Assembly (NCBI GenBank): GCA_046538795.1
Contig: JBKHIF010000001.1
Location: 1 to 53,764 of the forward strand
Direction of reading: 5' to 3'
DNA length: 53,764 nt
Source of the DNA: Candidatus Woesearchaeota archaeon
GTDB lineage: Archaea > Nanobdellota > Nanobdellia > Woesearchaeales > CAZJJJ01
The stretch's first letter is position 1; every line of letters starts with the position of its first letter. Below, in pieces: positions 27,845 to 36,638 of this stretch. A program made the position numbers and the translations under genes. The notes under the pieces were generated by a model. The model did no database searches. It was not told the DNA's origin and saw nothing but the letters and a program-made list of their open reading frames with translations.

Positions 27845-29806
27845 CTAACCTATTTCAAGGATATTTTCAATAGCAGATTCATAATATTCTCTCGAGCTAA
27901 GATCTTCTATGTCTGAATTATCTATAGCATTCTTAGAAAAAATTATCTCTGGAGTGAATCGCCTGAATTCAGCATCATAATAAAATTCCAGAGGATCAAC
28001 TGCTTTTTTCACAGGACCCACAACCCAGTCATAGCACCTGCTTCCCATAATTTTCTCATTATCTGAACCATCCTTGTGAATTTCAAAATAAAATGCCCCT
28101 ATATCTGTTCCTGGAAAAACACCAGCCTCAGCAATCCTTCTTCCAGAAAGAATTATTTCTCCTGGTTCGACAAATATATTTTCTGCAAAATAATATCTTG
28201 ATACAAATCCATTATTATGATCTATCTCTATGATATTTGCCTGAGCATATTTTTCATCTATTTCAGCGCCCTCATATGTCAGTGATTCTTCTCCTGCACG
28301 AATGACCCTTCCTCCGGAAACTGCATATATATTATCCCCCACATCTGAACCAAGCATCAAACCTGGAAAAAATTCAAGATCATTTCCTGAATTCCCGCAC
28401 CTTGTCATGCCAAAAAGATTTATTACATTAAGATGAGATTGTTTCATTGAATCCAGAGGATAATATGATACCCAGTTATTATTTTCATTCTCAAGAAGAA
28501 CGCCTTTGTAAGGATCAAAGTCCGGATCAAACACTCTTCCTTTTATCTTAATGATAATTCCTCCTCTCTTCTGCCAGGCAGGTTCAAGAAGATCTCTTGA
28601 AAGAATTATATTATTTCCCACATCATTTGATGCCCCCTTTGTATAAGGATCATTTGCGATAACATAATTTTCTCCTGCATAAAGAATCACCAGATAATGT
28701 CCTCCTGTACAGTATGTCCTGTCAAGAACATCAATATCTTCTTCACACAAGCCAGCAAGCTCCTGATTTTGCAAAAGCAACACAGGACCCTGAGAAACTG
28801 CATATATCAAATCATCCCATGCCACATCATGGCTAACTTCTGCAACAAGATTTTTGCTTTCTGCAAATTTCTGCAATGTATCAGGATCATATCCATCTTT
28901 AGAGAAACAAGTGCCGTCCCCATTCTTGTTAAAAAAAAACCAGTTATCAGCAGGCACTCCGTAATATTCTAAAACCATGTTCATCGCTGTAGGTCCGCAG
29001 CCAGAAGAGCATAATGTTCCTACTTCATCTGTATCGCATGAAACCTCATATTCCTTTACATCAGAATCACCGCATTGATTAATAAAAGGCACAAGAGGCA
29101 CACCGTTCATCAAGGCATCTTCAGGACATGGGCCTCTGCAACATGAACCACTGCATTCATATCCATCCTGATCACGCACTTCATCTGCAATTAAATTACA
29201 GTAATTGCAAAGATTGCTTGTTTTTCCGCTCATGCCCGCTCCTTTGTTCCTTCCAATATCATATTCCATATCAGAATCAGTTGTTCCTATGACCTTGAGC
29301 TTATCTCCTGTATCTATGACAGAATAATCAAACCTTGCAGGCATATCCCTGTTGTATGCAATCGAATATTTGTAAATGATTGAATTAATCTGCGCCCTGA
29401 AATTATCGTCAAAATTATCTAATGGGTCGCAGGTCTTTTCCTGATCTTTTAAGATGTTGTAATCAAGATATTTTCCGCAAGGGGAATCATCTGCAAAGCC
29501 GCTTTTTTCTGCAAGGGAAAGAAAAGATTGCGCTGCTGAATATTTCACAGACTGATCAAGATAAAAAAGATCCTGTTCAGCCCTGTTTGAAGTAAGGATA
29601 AGATTAATCTGCTTTTCTCCTATATAAAGCGCAGGATCTATTGTTGATTTTTCTCTTTCGCTCCATTGCTTGAACATTGAGTAAGACATAAGTCCTGCAA
29701 TAAGCGAAAAAAGCATGAAAAGAGACAATGTCATGAGCATATTATCTCCTTTTTTATTTCCAAACATTCTCTTTTTTGTTTCAAACATCTTATACATTTT
29801 AATCAT
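27845..29806 (-). CDS. Pilin-signal protein with a papain-like (Peptidase_C39_2-type) domain and a degenerate M23/LytM-like domain
   Basis: N-terminus ..MFGNKKG-DNMLMTLSLFMLFSLIAGLM. C39-like motifs are CGPTAMNMVLEYYG, TGGHYLVILYAG and IANDP. An M23-like beta-core (IIEIDHNNGFVSRYYFAENIFVEPGEII) lacks the expected HxxxD and HxH metal ligands (FPGLML and FYFEIH instead). Confidence 0.65.
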   Translation of the reverse strand: MIKMYKMFETKKRMFGNKKGDNMLMTLSLFMLFSLIAGLMSYSMFKQWSEREKSTIDPALYIGEKQINLILTSNRAEQDLFYLDQSVKYSAAQSFLSLAEKSGFADDSPCGKYLDYNILKDQEKTCDPLDNFDDNFRAQINSIIYKYSIAYNRDMPARFDYSVIDTGDKLKVIGTTDSDMEYDIGRNKGAGMSGKTSNLCNYCNLIADEVRDQDGYECSGSCCRGPCPEDALMNGVPLVPFINQCGDSDVKEYEVSCDTDEVGTLCSSGCGPTAMNMVLEYYGVPADNWFFFNKNGDGTCFSKDGYDPDTLQKFAESKNLVAEVSHDVAWDDLIYAVSQGPVLLLQNQELAGLCEEDIDVLDRTYCTGGHYLVILYAGENYVIANDPYTKGASNDVGNNIILSRDLLEPAWQKRGGIIIKIKGRVFDPDFDPYKGVLLENENNNWVSYYPLDSMKQSHLNVINLFGMTRCGNSGNDLEFFPGLMLGSDVGDNIYAVSGGRVIRAGEESLTYEGAEIDEKYAQANIIEIDHNNGFVSRYYFAENIFVEPGEIILSGRRIAEAGVFPGTDIGAFYFEIHKDGSDNEKIMGSRCYDWVVGPVKKAVDPLEFYYDAEFRRFTPEIIFSKNAIDNSDIEDLSSREYYESAIENILEIG

Positions 29807-29841
29807 TTATCATGTTAATTTTTTATCATATTAAGATCGTA

Positions 29842-30456
29842 TTATTCTGACGCCATGTCAACCCCATAAAGTTGTATGATAAATGTTTTTTCATGTGGTG
29901 ATGGTATTATCTGGCTTGCAAGAATCCCTGATGAACGCCTCTTCGCTTTCCTAAGATCATTTTCATCAAAAGGAGATATATAGACAATATTGCTGTCATC
30001 ATCAATCCTTATGTCTGCTGCAGTTCCTGAAAGTATGGCAAGAGAAATATCTCTTCCACGCACCGCAGTCACCTTGATATACCATGATTTCTGTCCATAA
30101 GACAATGATTCGTCAAAATAATCTACTGTCTTTCGTATAAATTCATCATAATATTCTGGCCTCTCATAAGATGGATTTTCGACCCCGCGTATATTCTTTC
30201 CTATAAGATAAAAATTTGACATAGCGATATAATCCGCATAGTTCATGTCATCTTTGAATCTGCTCCTGAGATAATTCAGCAAGAACAATTCCTTATCTAT
30301 TCTATCAAGCTTTGAATCAACATTTATATCTGCCTGAACAGTCTTTATCTTCTGCACCACAAAAGCAGCCAGAAATATTACAAGCATTATTACAACAACC
30401 CCCACAAAAATCCAAATTTCTGCAAGTCCTGCTTTTTTTGACCTTGAATATCTCAT
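29842..30456 (-). CDS. Pilin-like (class III signal) protein, 204 aa
   Basis: MRYSRSKKAG-LAEIWIFVGVVVIMLVIFLAAFVV. The ATG overlaps the upstream stop (ATGA). Confidence 0.7.
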   Translation of the reverse strand: MRYSRSKKAGLAEIWIFVGVVVIMLVIFLAAFVVQKIKTVQADINVDSKLDRIDKELFLLNYLRSRFKDDMNYADYIAMSNFYLIGKNIRGVENPSYERPEYYDEFIRKTVDYFDESLSYGQKSWYIKVTAVRGRDISLAILSGTAADIRIDDDSNIVYISPFDENDLRKAKRRSSGILASQIIPSPHEKTFIIQLYGVDMASE

Positions 30457-31004
30457 TTTGCCTCAAAATAACCTTCTGTCGTATCTAAATTTACTGTTAC
30501 TGATTTTACCTCGATAATAAATTTTCCTTCTGCAGGTGATGATGGATCATCATCAATCAAAAGTACCTTTATCACTGGCCTCTGATTTATTTCCTGAGAG
30601 CTCTTATTCCAGTTTGAAGTTGAAAGTTCTATCCTTTGATCAAGAGTTTCTGAAACAAGCGATATCCTGAATGCATAATTAACAGAATCCAGCCTGAAAC
30701 ATTCATCAAGGTTTTGTTGGTTAAATTTATCAAGATCTATTATTCCTGGATATGCCCTGTTAACCTCATCACGATATACGAAACACGAAGGAGAAGATAT
30801 AAGCCTCTGCGAAAGTATGCTTTCCTCTACATCTTCATTCATCTTATATTTTTCACCAGTATCTACAGATACAAGAACTACAAACATGGCTGCTGTTATG
30901 CTTAAAGATAAAAAAAGAAATATTATGTGCATAGTGTCTTCTGCAATAGTTCCTTTTTTATTACTAAATACAGACTTCCTGAAAATTAGACTAATTCCGC
31001 TCAC
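30453..31004 (-). CDS. Pilin-like (class III signal) protein, 183 aa
   Basis: ..FSNKKG-TIAEDTMHIIFLFLSLSITAAMFVVLV. The only start that retains the signal is GTG at 31004. It overlaps the upstream gene by 14 nt. Confidence 0.65.
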   Translation of the reverse strand: MSGISLIFRKSVFSNKKGTIAEDTMHIIFLFLSLSITAAMFVVLVSVDTGEKYKMNEDVEESILSQRLISSPSCFVYRDEVNRAYPGIIDLDKFNQQNLDECFRLDSVNYAFRISLVSETLDQRIELSTSNWNKSSQEINQRPVIKVLLIDDDPSSPAEGKFIIEVKSVTVNLDTTEGYFEAK

Positions 31005-32001
31005 CTGATTCTCCCATCACTGCTTTGTATATTTTTTCTGCAACTTCACCGTACCTGAAATAAAGATTGTCAGAATATTGTGAATTTATATTTCCTAATT
31101 CAAGAACAATAACATTCGTCCCATAAGACATCGGATAAAGTTCGCTTTCTTCAGATATCCTTGATCGGTCCACAAATTTAAGCGCAGATTTGGTTACATA
31201 ATCCAGTTCACCTGCACTTTCTGCAATGTTGCATGCAAGATTACGAGTTTCATCGCCTCCTGAATAAACATAAACCTCATTTGACATAAAATCGTTTTGT
31301 GAACCAAAACGAAGCACAATAGTAAGATCATAATTCTCTGCAAGATTCCTGTAGTCTGATTCAAAGATAGTTGAACCATCAATCATCCTTGCATTTATTT
31401 CATCTCTTGAAAAAAGACCAAACAAATATTCAGATATTTCTTCTGTATATGATTTTTCTGACACAGATATTGCATTTTCCTCAGGATCTGCTATGACTGC
31501 ATCCTTGTTATCAGAAGACACAAGCAAAATATTTTCCAGGACAACATTATGTCTTGAGCATGAAGGTGTGTTCTTGAAATCTTCCTGGCCTTCGCTGTAA
31601 TATATCTTTCCTGACTGTTTTGTTATGAATATCGTATCAAGTTCAGAAAAAAATGCATCTATATCTTCTCTGTCCTGGCCATAGGCATATCTAACTTCAG
31701 TATCCTCTTCTGGATCAACAATGACCCAGCCAGATCCAATATTGATAAAATAATTCCCTACATCTTCCTTATATGTCATTATAGCGTTTCCCGGAACAGA
31801 ATAAAGAGCATCATTGATTAATGCAAGTTCTCTTGCAACATACATTTTCTGGAATATTTCGCCTGTTGCATATTCCTTTCCCACGCTTATGAAAAGAAAA
31901 GATATAAGGACACCAAGCAGGAAAGAAGCTATGGTAAGTATTACCATCCTGGGACCTGAAAGAGCGCTTGCTCTTTTTTGTTTAAGAAAATAAACACACA
32001 T
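30991..32001 (-). CDS. N-terminally anchored (pilin-like) protein, 336 aa
   Basis: MCVYFLKQKRAS-ALSGPRMVILTIASFLLGVLISFLF. ATG start. Confidence 0.65.
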   Translation of the reverse strand: MCVYFLKQKRASALSGPRMVILTIASFLLGVLISFLFISVGKEYATGEIFQKMYVARELALINDALYSVPGNAIMTYKEDVGNYFINIGSGWVIVDPEEDTEVRYAYGQDREDIDAFFSELDTIFITKQSGKIYYSEGQEDFKNTPSCSRHNVVLENILLVSSDNKDAVIADPEENAISVSEKSYTEEISEYLFGLFSRDEINARMIDGSTIFESDYRNLAENYDLTIVLRFGSQNDFMSNEVYVYSGGDETRNLACNIAESAGELDYVTKSALKFVDRSRISEESELYPMSYGTNVIVLELGNINSQYSDNLYFRYGEVAEKIYKAVMGESGERN

Positions 32002-32087
32002 AGAGTATTTTTAGAGAAACGTGTTTATAAAATTAATGCCTTTGAAAAAAATAATCATCTAAAATATCCTGTAATTGTAGCAAAATA

Positions 32088-32870
32088 CTAATCTTCTTCA
32101 TCAGGGGATAAGACGATATTTTCATCTTCATCCCAGTACATATCCTGAAAATTCCTGCACGCGTCATAATCAGGACAGATAAACACTTCATTGCCATGCT
32201 TGTATATCGAAACTGAAAATGCACCACCTGAATTTCCATTGGTTATTCCTGAATCAATAACAACTCCTTTCTGCTGTTCATCGTCAATAGTAAATATATT
32301 GACTGGAGGATTAGTAATATTAATCTCATCTTGGAGCTGGCTGCATTCTCTTACTGAATATTTTGATCTGCAGTTCCTGTTCCCGCCTTCAATAAGCCTT
32401 GAAAGAGGAAACCCTCTTGTCTCTGTTACAAGAAAATTTTTAAGTTCGCATGATATCTTGTTGAACTTTTTTTCTCTTTCATCATAATCTCTCATGAGGC
32501 ATGCGCATGTCTTTGTCATGTCTAAATTGCAGTTTTCCGGCCTTTCAAAAGTTATCAAATGGTTGCCTTCATTTCTGAAAAATCTAAGTTCAAGAATGTC
32601 TGTCCCTGAATTGAAAAAAACAAGCGCACTTTTGTCCACAAGAATAATTGAACCTGAATCCAATTGATCTTGGGATAAAGAATCAAGTTTTGAAAGAAGA
32701 CTGTTATAGCTGCTTATGCTTTTTTGATCAGTTTGATAACCAACATATTTGAATACTCCAAAAACTATTGAAATAAATACAACTACTGAAAGTATAAAAA
32801 CCACAAGATTTTCAAGAACCAAAATAGTTCCTTTTTTCGATTTATTGAAAGTGCTTAATCCATACTCCAT
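32088..32870 (-). CDS. Pilin-like (class III signal) protein, ~260 aa
   Basis: MEYGLSTFNKSKKG-TILVLENLVVFILSVVVFISIVF. ATG at 32870 is preferred over the TTG at 32888. Confidence 0.7.
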   Translation of the reverse strand: MEYGLSTFNKSKKGTILVLENLVVFILSVVVFISIVFGVFKYVGYQTDQKSISSYNSLLSKLDSLSQDQLDSGSIILVDKSALVFFNSGTDILELRFFRNEGNHLITFERPENCNLDMTKTCACLMRDYDEREKKFNKISCELKNFLVTETRGFPLSRLIEGGNRNCRSKYSVRECSQLQDEINITNPPVNIFTIDDEQQKGVVIDSGITNGNSGGAFSVSIYKHGNEVFICPDYDACRNFQDMYWDEDENIVLSPDEED

Positions 32871-33124
32871 TTGCCTGCACCAGGACAATCAGGATTGTCA
32901 ACCTGTTGTTCTTTAGGAGGATTTGGGCCCTTGCAGGGATCTATAAGATCAACCACATTATCCCCATCCTTGTCTTTTGCATTGTTTATACTGTTTTGAA
33001 ATTCATCTGTTCCGTCCCCCATTCCACGAATAAAAATTACAAGAAGAACAGTCATTACAATCAAAAGTAATGCTGCTGAAACGATTATCGGCATTGTCAT
33101 CTCAAATCCTTTTTTTGATTTCAT
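32855..33124 (-). CDS. Small pilin-like protein (~89 aa) with a TSP3-like Ca-binding loop
   Basis: MKSKKG-FEMTMPIIVSAALLLIVMTVLLVIF. GGTGAT lies 5 nt upstream of ATG 33124. The C-terminal part DKDGDNVVDLIDPC resembles a thrombospondin type-3 repeat. Confidence 0.75.
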   Translation of the reverse strand: MKSKKGFEMTMPIIVSAALLLIVMTVLLVIFIRGMGDGTDEFQNSINNAKDKDGDNVVDLIDPCKGPNPPKEQQVDNPDCPGAGKWSMD

Positions 33125-33143
33125 GAATATCACCATCTAAATT

Positions 33144-34934
33144 TTAATTCAATATGCTTGTAAAAAAACTTTTCTGATTTTCTGAACATAATCTGTTCTC
33201 AAGATATGGACCAAGTTCTGAAAATTCAATGCCCGGCCATAATTGCGGCACAGGAGAAACTGAATAACTGTCAGATTCTTTGCGTATAACATAAAGAGAT
33301 TTCCCCTGAAGACTTCCTTCAAAATAATCCTCAAACCATGCAACATTATTTCCTCCCCCTGCCTTATTTGCCGGAGAAACTTTATTCTGCATTGCAAATG
33401 TTCTTTTCTCTATATGATGGCATCCTTCAACAGTAAATGCAAAACTAAATTCATCTTCCCAGGGAAGAGCAATCCTAAAACGATTCTCAAGAGCAAAATA
33501 ATCTTTCATCTCATTGCCCTTTGCATATATCAGATTATTTCCTGAAGGAAGCATTGTGTTGAATCCGACATTATCACAGCCAGAACCATCATTATTGATA
33601 TAGATGTGTTCGTTTCCTGTTTCGATTACCGGAAGAGAATCATGAACAAAAATACACCACTCACCATTTTCTAAAGAATTTACTTTATGATCTGCACCAA
33701 AATTATCAATAAATTCAAGGCTTGTTAAGCTTTGTACATTTTCAATAAACTGCTTTATTTCATCTTTCAGAGTATAACATGTTCCATCATCTAAATTCCA
33801 GACACATTCAAACCCAGCATCAGAGAATGTGCCATTAAGCCTTTGACAAGTATCTTCAGAAAGGGCATCTTCACAGGAATTCTGATCAAGCTCGATCATA
33901 TAGCAGCCTTCTTCCTCATCCCATGCGCAGATCTCTTTGCTGGTTTCTATAAAACCACAATAGTTCTCATTTAGAACTGCCTTGCAGATATTGTCATATA
34001 TTCCTGAAGACATTCTGATAAATGGAGATATATCCAATCCCTCCATATCAACAAGTCCTGAATCATCGCAAAGATCAAACTCTTCTCTCGATATAGTATC
34101 CCTGAATAGGTTCAGATCTGCATTATCGATGTCAAACGATGAAAGTCCTGCTTCATATATCACTGAAATATCTTGGGAAAAATCAAGATCATCGATTATT
34201 TTGTCTGTTACAAAAAAATTAATATCTCCCTGAGAATCATAGTATATTGGTATCCAGGGAATCATATATCGATTTCTCGATGCAAACATGCCAGATATTC
34301 TCATAAGAAAATAATCCTCTCCGTCAATCCTTATGTTATATGTCGGTTTTCCTGAAAAATAGGAGGCATAATGAATGTTAGAAACATCTACTCTTGAAGG
34401 GGTCAAGAAGAAATTTTTTGTGTCAGAATCAATGTCTGAAGCAAGATCATACATATATCTTCCATCATTTTTTGACCCTGGTCTGAAAAGATTAAATTTT
34501 CTTGAAAATGATTCGACCTGAGGATTCTGCGATCCAATGATTGTAATAATTGTTCTTCTACTGTTCTTTGTTATCTCATAAGAATATTCACTGTCAGAAA
34601 AATCAGGAATAAAAGCTATGCAATTTCTGTAATTATTTTCATTTTCAAAAACATCAAACAATATGCTCTTTGCCTCATCGAAATCCAATCCCGGATCGGA
34701 GTCATCCTGAAGAGCCTCTTCATATTCTCGATCCACAAGATGACGCTCTTTCATCGCATCCTGGAAATCTTTATCTGCTTTTTCATTAAAAGATACAATA
34801 AGCTCATTCAAAGCTCCTGATCCAAAAACCATAATTACAATAACAACTGTAAACACAAGTATAGCAGCAATTACAGGGGTGAGTACATAGGAAACACCTT
34901 TCTTATTATATATACTATTATCCATGATTTTCAT
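33144..34934 (-). CDS. Large pilin-like protein (~596 aa)
   Basis: MKIMDNSIYNKKG-VSYVLTPVIAAILVFTVVIVIMVF, which resembles the archaeal pilin N-terminal motif (G-VSPVIATVLL). It has a Cys-rich central region. The track start at 34946 is TTG, so ATG 34934 is used. Confidence 0.75.
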   Translation of the reverse strand: MKIMDNSIYNKKGVSYVLTPVIAAILVFTVVIVIMVFGSGALNELIVSFNEKADKDFQDAMKERHLVDREYEEALQDDSDPGLDFDEAKSILFDVFENENNYRNCIAFIPDFSDSEYSYEITKNSRRTIITIIGSQNPQVESFSRKFNLFRPGSKNDGRYMYDLASDIDSDTKNFFLTPSRVDVSNIHYASYFSGKPTYNIRIDGEDYFLMRISGMFASRNRYMIPWIPIYYDSQGDINFFVTDKIIDDLDFSQDISVIYEAGLSSFDIDNADLNLFRDTISREEFDLCDDSGLVDMEGLDISPFIRMSSGIYDNICKAVLNENYCGFIETSKEICAWDEEEGCYMIELDQNSCEDALSEDTCQRLNGTFSDAGFECVWNLDDGTCYTLKDEIKQFIENVQSLTSLEFIDNFGADHKVNSLENGEWCIFVHDSLPVIETGNEHIYINNDGSGCDNVGFNTMLPSGNNLIYAKGNEMKDYFALENRFRIALPWEDEFSFAFTVEGCHHIEKRTFAMQNKVSPANKAGGGNNVAWFEDYFEGSLQGKSLYVIRKESDSYSVSPVPQLWPGIEFSELGPYLENRLCSENQKSFFTSILN

Positions 34935-34939
34935 CTCAA

Positions 34940-35095
34940 TTACCAAATCCTGAAAAATGCTTTGACTTTATCAAAAAGGCTTGTTCCAAAAATAGACAAT
35001 ATTATTATTCCTATGGTTAAAGCAAAAAGTATCAATATTATCTTTCCGAGATTCTCCATGATAAAATTTCCTTTTTTGGATTTTATTGTTTTCAT
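34940..35095 (-). CDS. Mini pilin-like protein, 51 aa (not in the ORF track)
   Basis: Hand-translated: MKTIKSKKGNFIMENLGKIILILFALTIGIIILSIFGTSLFDKVKAFFRIW. It has the same KSKKG-hydrophobic N-terminus as its neighbours and fills the gap between 34934 and 35106. Confidence 0.6.
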   Translation of the reverse strand: MKTIKSKKGNFIMENLGKIILILFALTIGIIILSIFGTSLFDKVKAFFRIW

Positions 35096-35105
35096 CTTTA
35101 CCATT

Positions 35106-36194
35106 TCAACCTTTCATACGTATTACTTCACATTCGTTTTCAATATCTTCAAGCTTCCCAATCATTATAAGAGACGACTTTGGATCTTCAGGATCAAACT
35201 CAAAATCCTTCAAAGCATCTTCATTCATGCCGTATGGATTATACTGGTTATAAAGATTAGCGCTTGACTCGCTTAATGGTTCAGGTATCCTTATTGCAAT
35301 CGCATATTGTGTTCCGCTATTAAAACCCTGATTTCCCACATTCTGGACAAGAAGGAGACCATCTTCATATCCATGTTCAGCTACATATTCAAAATATGTA
35401 TACGACTTATCTTTTTTAACACAGCACACATCATCTTTATCGCAAGTAAATTCAAAAGAACTTGTGTATTTTCTAAGGCCGTCAGGGCAATTATCTCCCT
35501 TGGATATGCATTCCCCCCCATTCATCTCACAGTTGTTTCGTCTTACATAATCCAACCCTGAAGAGCAATCTGGATCTTCTGAATCGATATATCCGTCATC
35601 GTCATCATCTATACCATTATTGCAGTAAGACTCCCTTAATTCAGGCTCAACCATATAAAGATTCTCGTACAGAAAAAGCTGAAGTGAAGAATGATCAAAT
35701 ATAGTATCGCCAGATCTTTTATAACCTGGCTGGCCGTAATTGCTCTCCTCGATTGATTTAGCTATGCCCGCATCATCTATGGTGAATATATAGCAGACAT
35801 GGCATTCATCTCCCCAATAATCTTTAAGCGTATCTTCATACAATCCCTCGCCAAACATATACCAGCACTTGACAGCATAATCACCTATGTTTCCCATTAT
35901 GCCTTCTATACTCATTTCATGAAGATCATCAGGTATTTCTCGTTCATAGCTGAAGCACTGAAGAGGGACTATCTTTTGTTCTCCTATAAGTCCGCCCGGC
36001 TTGCCGGGATCAATAGTATATTCATCTCTTGCAAAGACACTTACCCTGCATATTTCCTCCTGGCCTTTTTCCTGGACATTATCAGTAGTAAATATGGCAA
36101 ACCCTGACAAGACAAACATACTGCCAAGTATGAGAATTATAGTTACAAGTTTCTTAAGCGTCATATCTCCTTTCTTATTAGGGAAGCATAGCAT
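35106..36194 (-). CDS. Pilin-like protein (362 aa) with a MopE-like Asp-rich motif and a C-terminal CExxGGxC Cys module
   Basis: MLCFPNKKG-DMTLKKLVTIILILGSMFVLSGF. Motifs YCNNGIDDDDDGYIDSEDPDC and NCEMNGGECISKGDNCPDG...CDKDDVCC. Confidence 0.7.
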   Translation of the reverse strand: MLCFPNKKGDMTLKKLVTIILILGSMFVLSGFAIFTTDNVQEKGQEEICRVSVFARDEYTIDPGKPGGLIGEQKIVPLQCFSYEREIPDDLHEMSIEGIMGNIGDYAVKCWYMFGEGLYEDTLKDYWGDECHVCYIFTIDDAGIAKSIEESNYGQPGYKRSGDTIFDHSSLQLFLYENLYMVEPELRESYCNNGIDDDDDGYIDSEDPDCSSGLDYVRRNNCEMNGGECISKGDNCPDGLRKYTSSFEFTCDKDDVCCVKKDKSYTYFEYVAEHGYEDGLLLVQNVGNQGFNSGTQYAIAIRIPEPLSESSANLYNQYNPYGMNEDALKDFEFDPEDPKSSLIMIGKLEDIENECEVIRMKG

Positions 36195-36291
36195 TTTTTA
36201 TCTTGATATAAAGAACTGCAAAGGCAACACCGACTGTTATAAGTGTTAATATCAGTATAGCTATAAACTTAATATCTGCCTTCTTGTTCAT
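36178..36291 (-). CDS. Mini pilin-like / single-TM peptide, 37 aa (not in the ORF track)
   Basis: Hand-translated: MNKKADIKFIAILILTLITVGVAFAVLYIKIKNAMLP. Its N-terminus MNKKAD matches the neighbour's MNNKKAD. It overlaps the start of 35106..36194 by 17 nt in another frame. Confidence 0.45.
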   Translation of the reverse strand: MNKKADIKFIAILILTLITVGVAFAVLYIKIKNAMLP

Positions 36292-36355
36292 GAGAAATTA
36301 TATAAGAAGTTGGGTATATAAAGTTTTTGAAAGAAAAAGATAAGAAAAACAAGAT

Positions 36356-36634
36356 TTAGCCGTCGCTTTCTTGGTTATCATCTTTATTCAGATTTATGCA
36401 GCAAACAGGTGTTGCATCACTGCATTCTGCGTTTATCTTGACAGAGGGCCAATCACAGGTTGCTTCACTCTGGCATGTTCCGCCTCTTGCTTCACAGCTA
36501 TCCTGCTCATTACTGAAGTTGAGCATCTTCTGTCCAAATATCGCAATAAGTATGATCATGACAAGAAGAGCAACAGCTGCAACAACAATTATATTTATGC
36601 TCATGCCCTGTGCTTTCTTATCTTTCATATTCAT
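36356..36634 (-). CDS. Small Cys-rich pilin-like protein (~92 aa), paralog of 36639..36935
   Basis: MNMKDKKAQG-MSINIIVVAAVALLVMIILIAIF, then SCEARGGTCQSEATC...C..VCC. The start is trimmed to ATG 36634, 4 nt after the upstream stop. Confidence 0.75.
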   Translation of the reverse strand: MNMKDKKAQGMSINIIVVAAVALLVMIILIAIFGQKMLNFSNEQDSCEARGGTCQSEATCDWPSVKINAECSDATPVCCINLNKDDNQESDG

Positions 36635-36638
36635 CAAC

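Noticed and set aside
34962-35267. 101-aa plus-strand ORF in the pilin array.
   Set aside because: It is hydrophobic, low-complexity, AT-driven sequence on the opposite strand to the whole operon. The same DNA is better explained by the 51-aa minus-strand pilin-like ORF (34940..35095) and the 3' end of 35106..36194.
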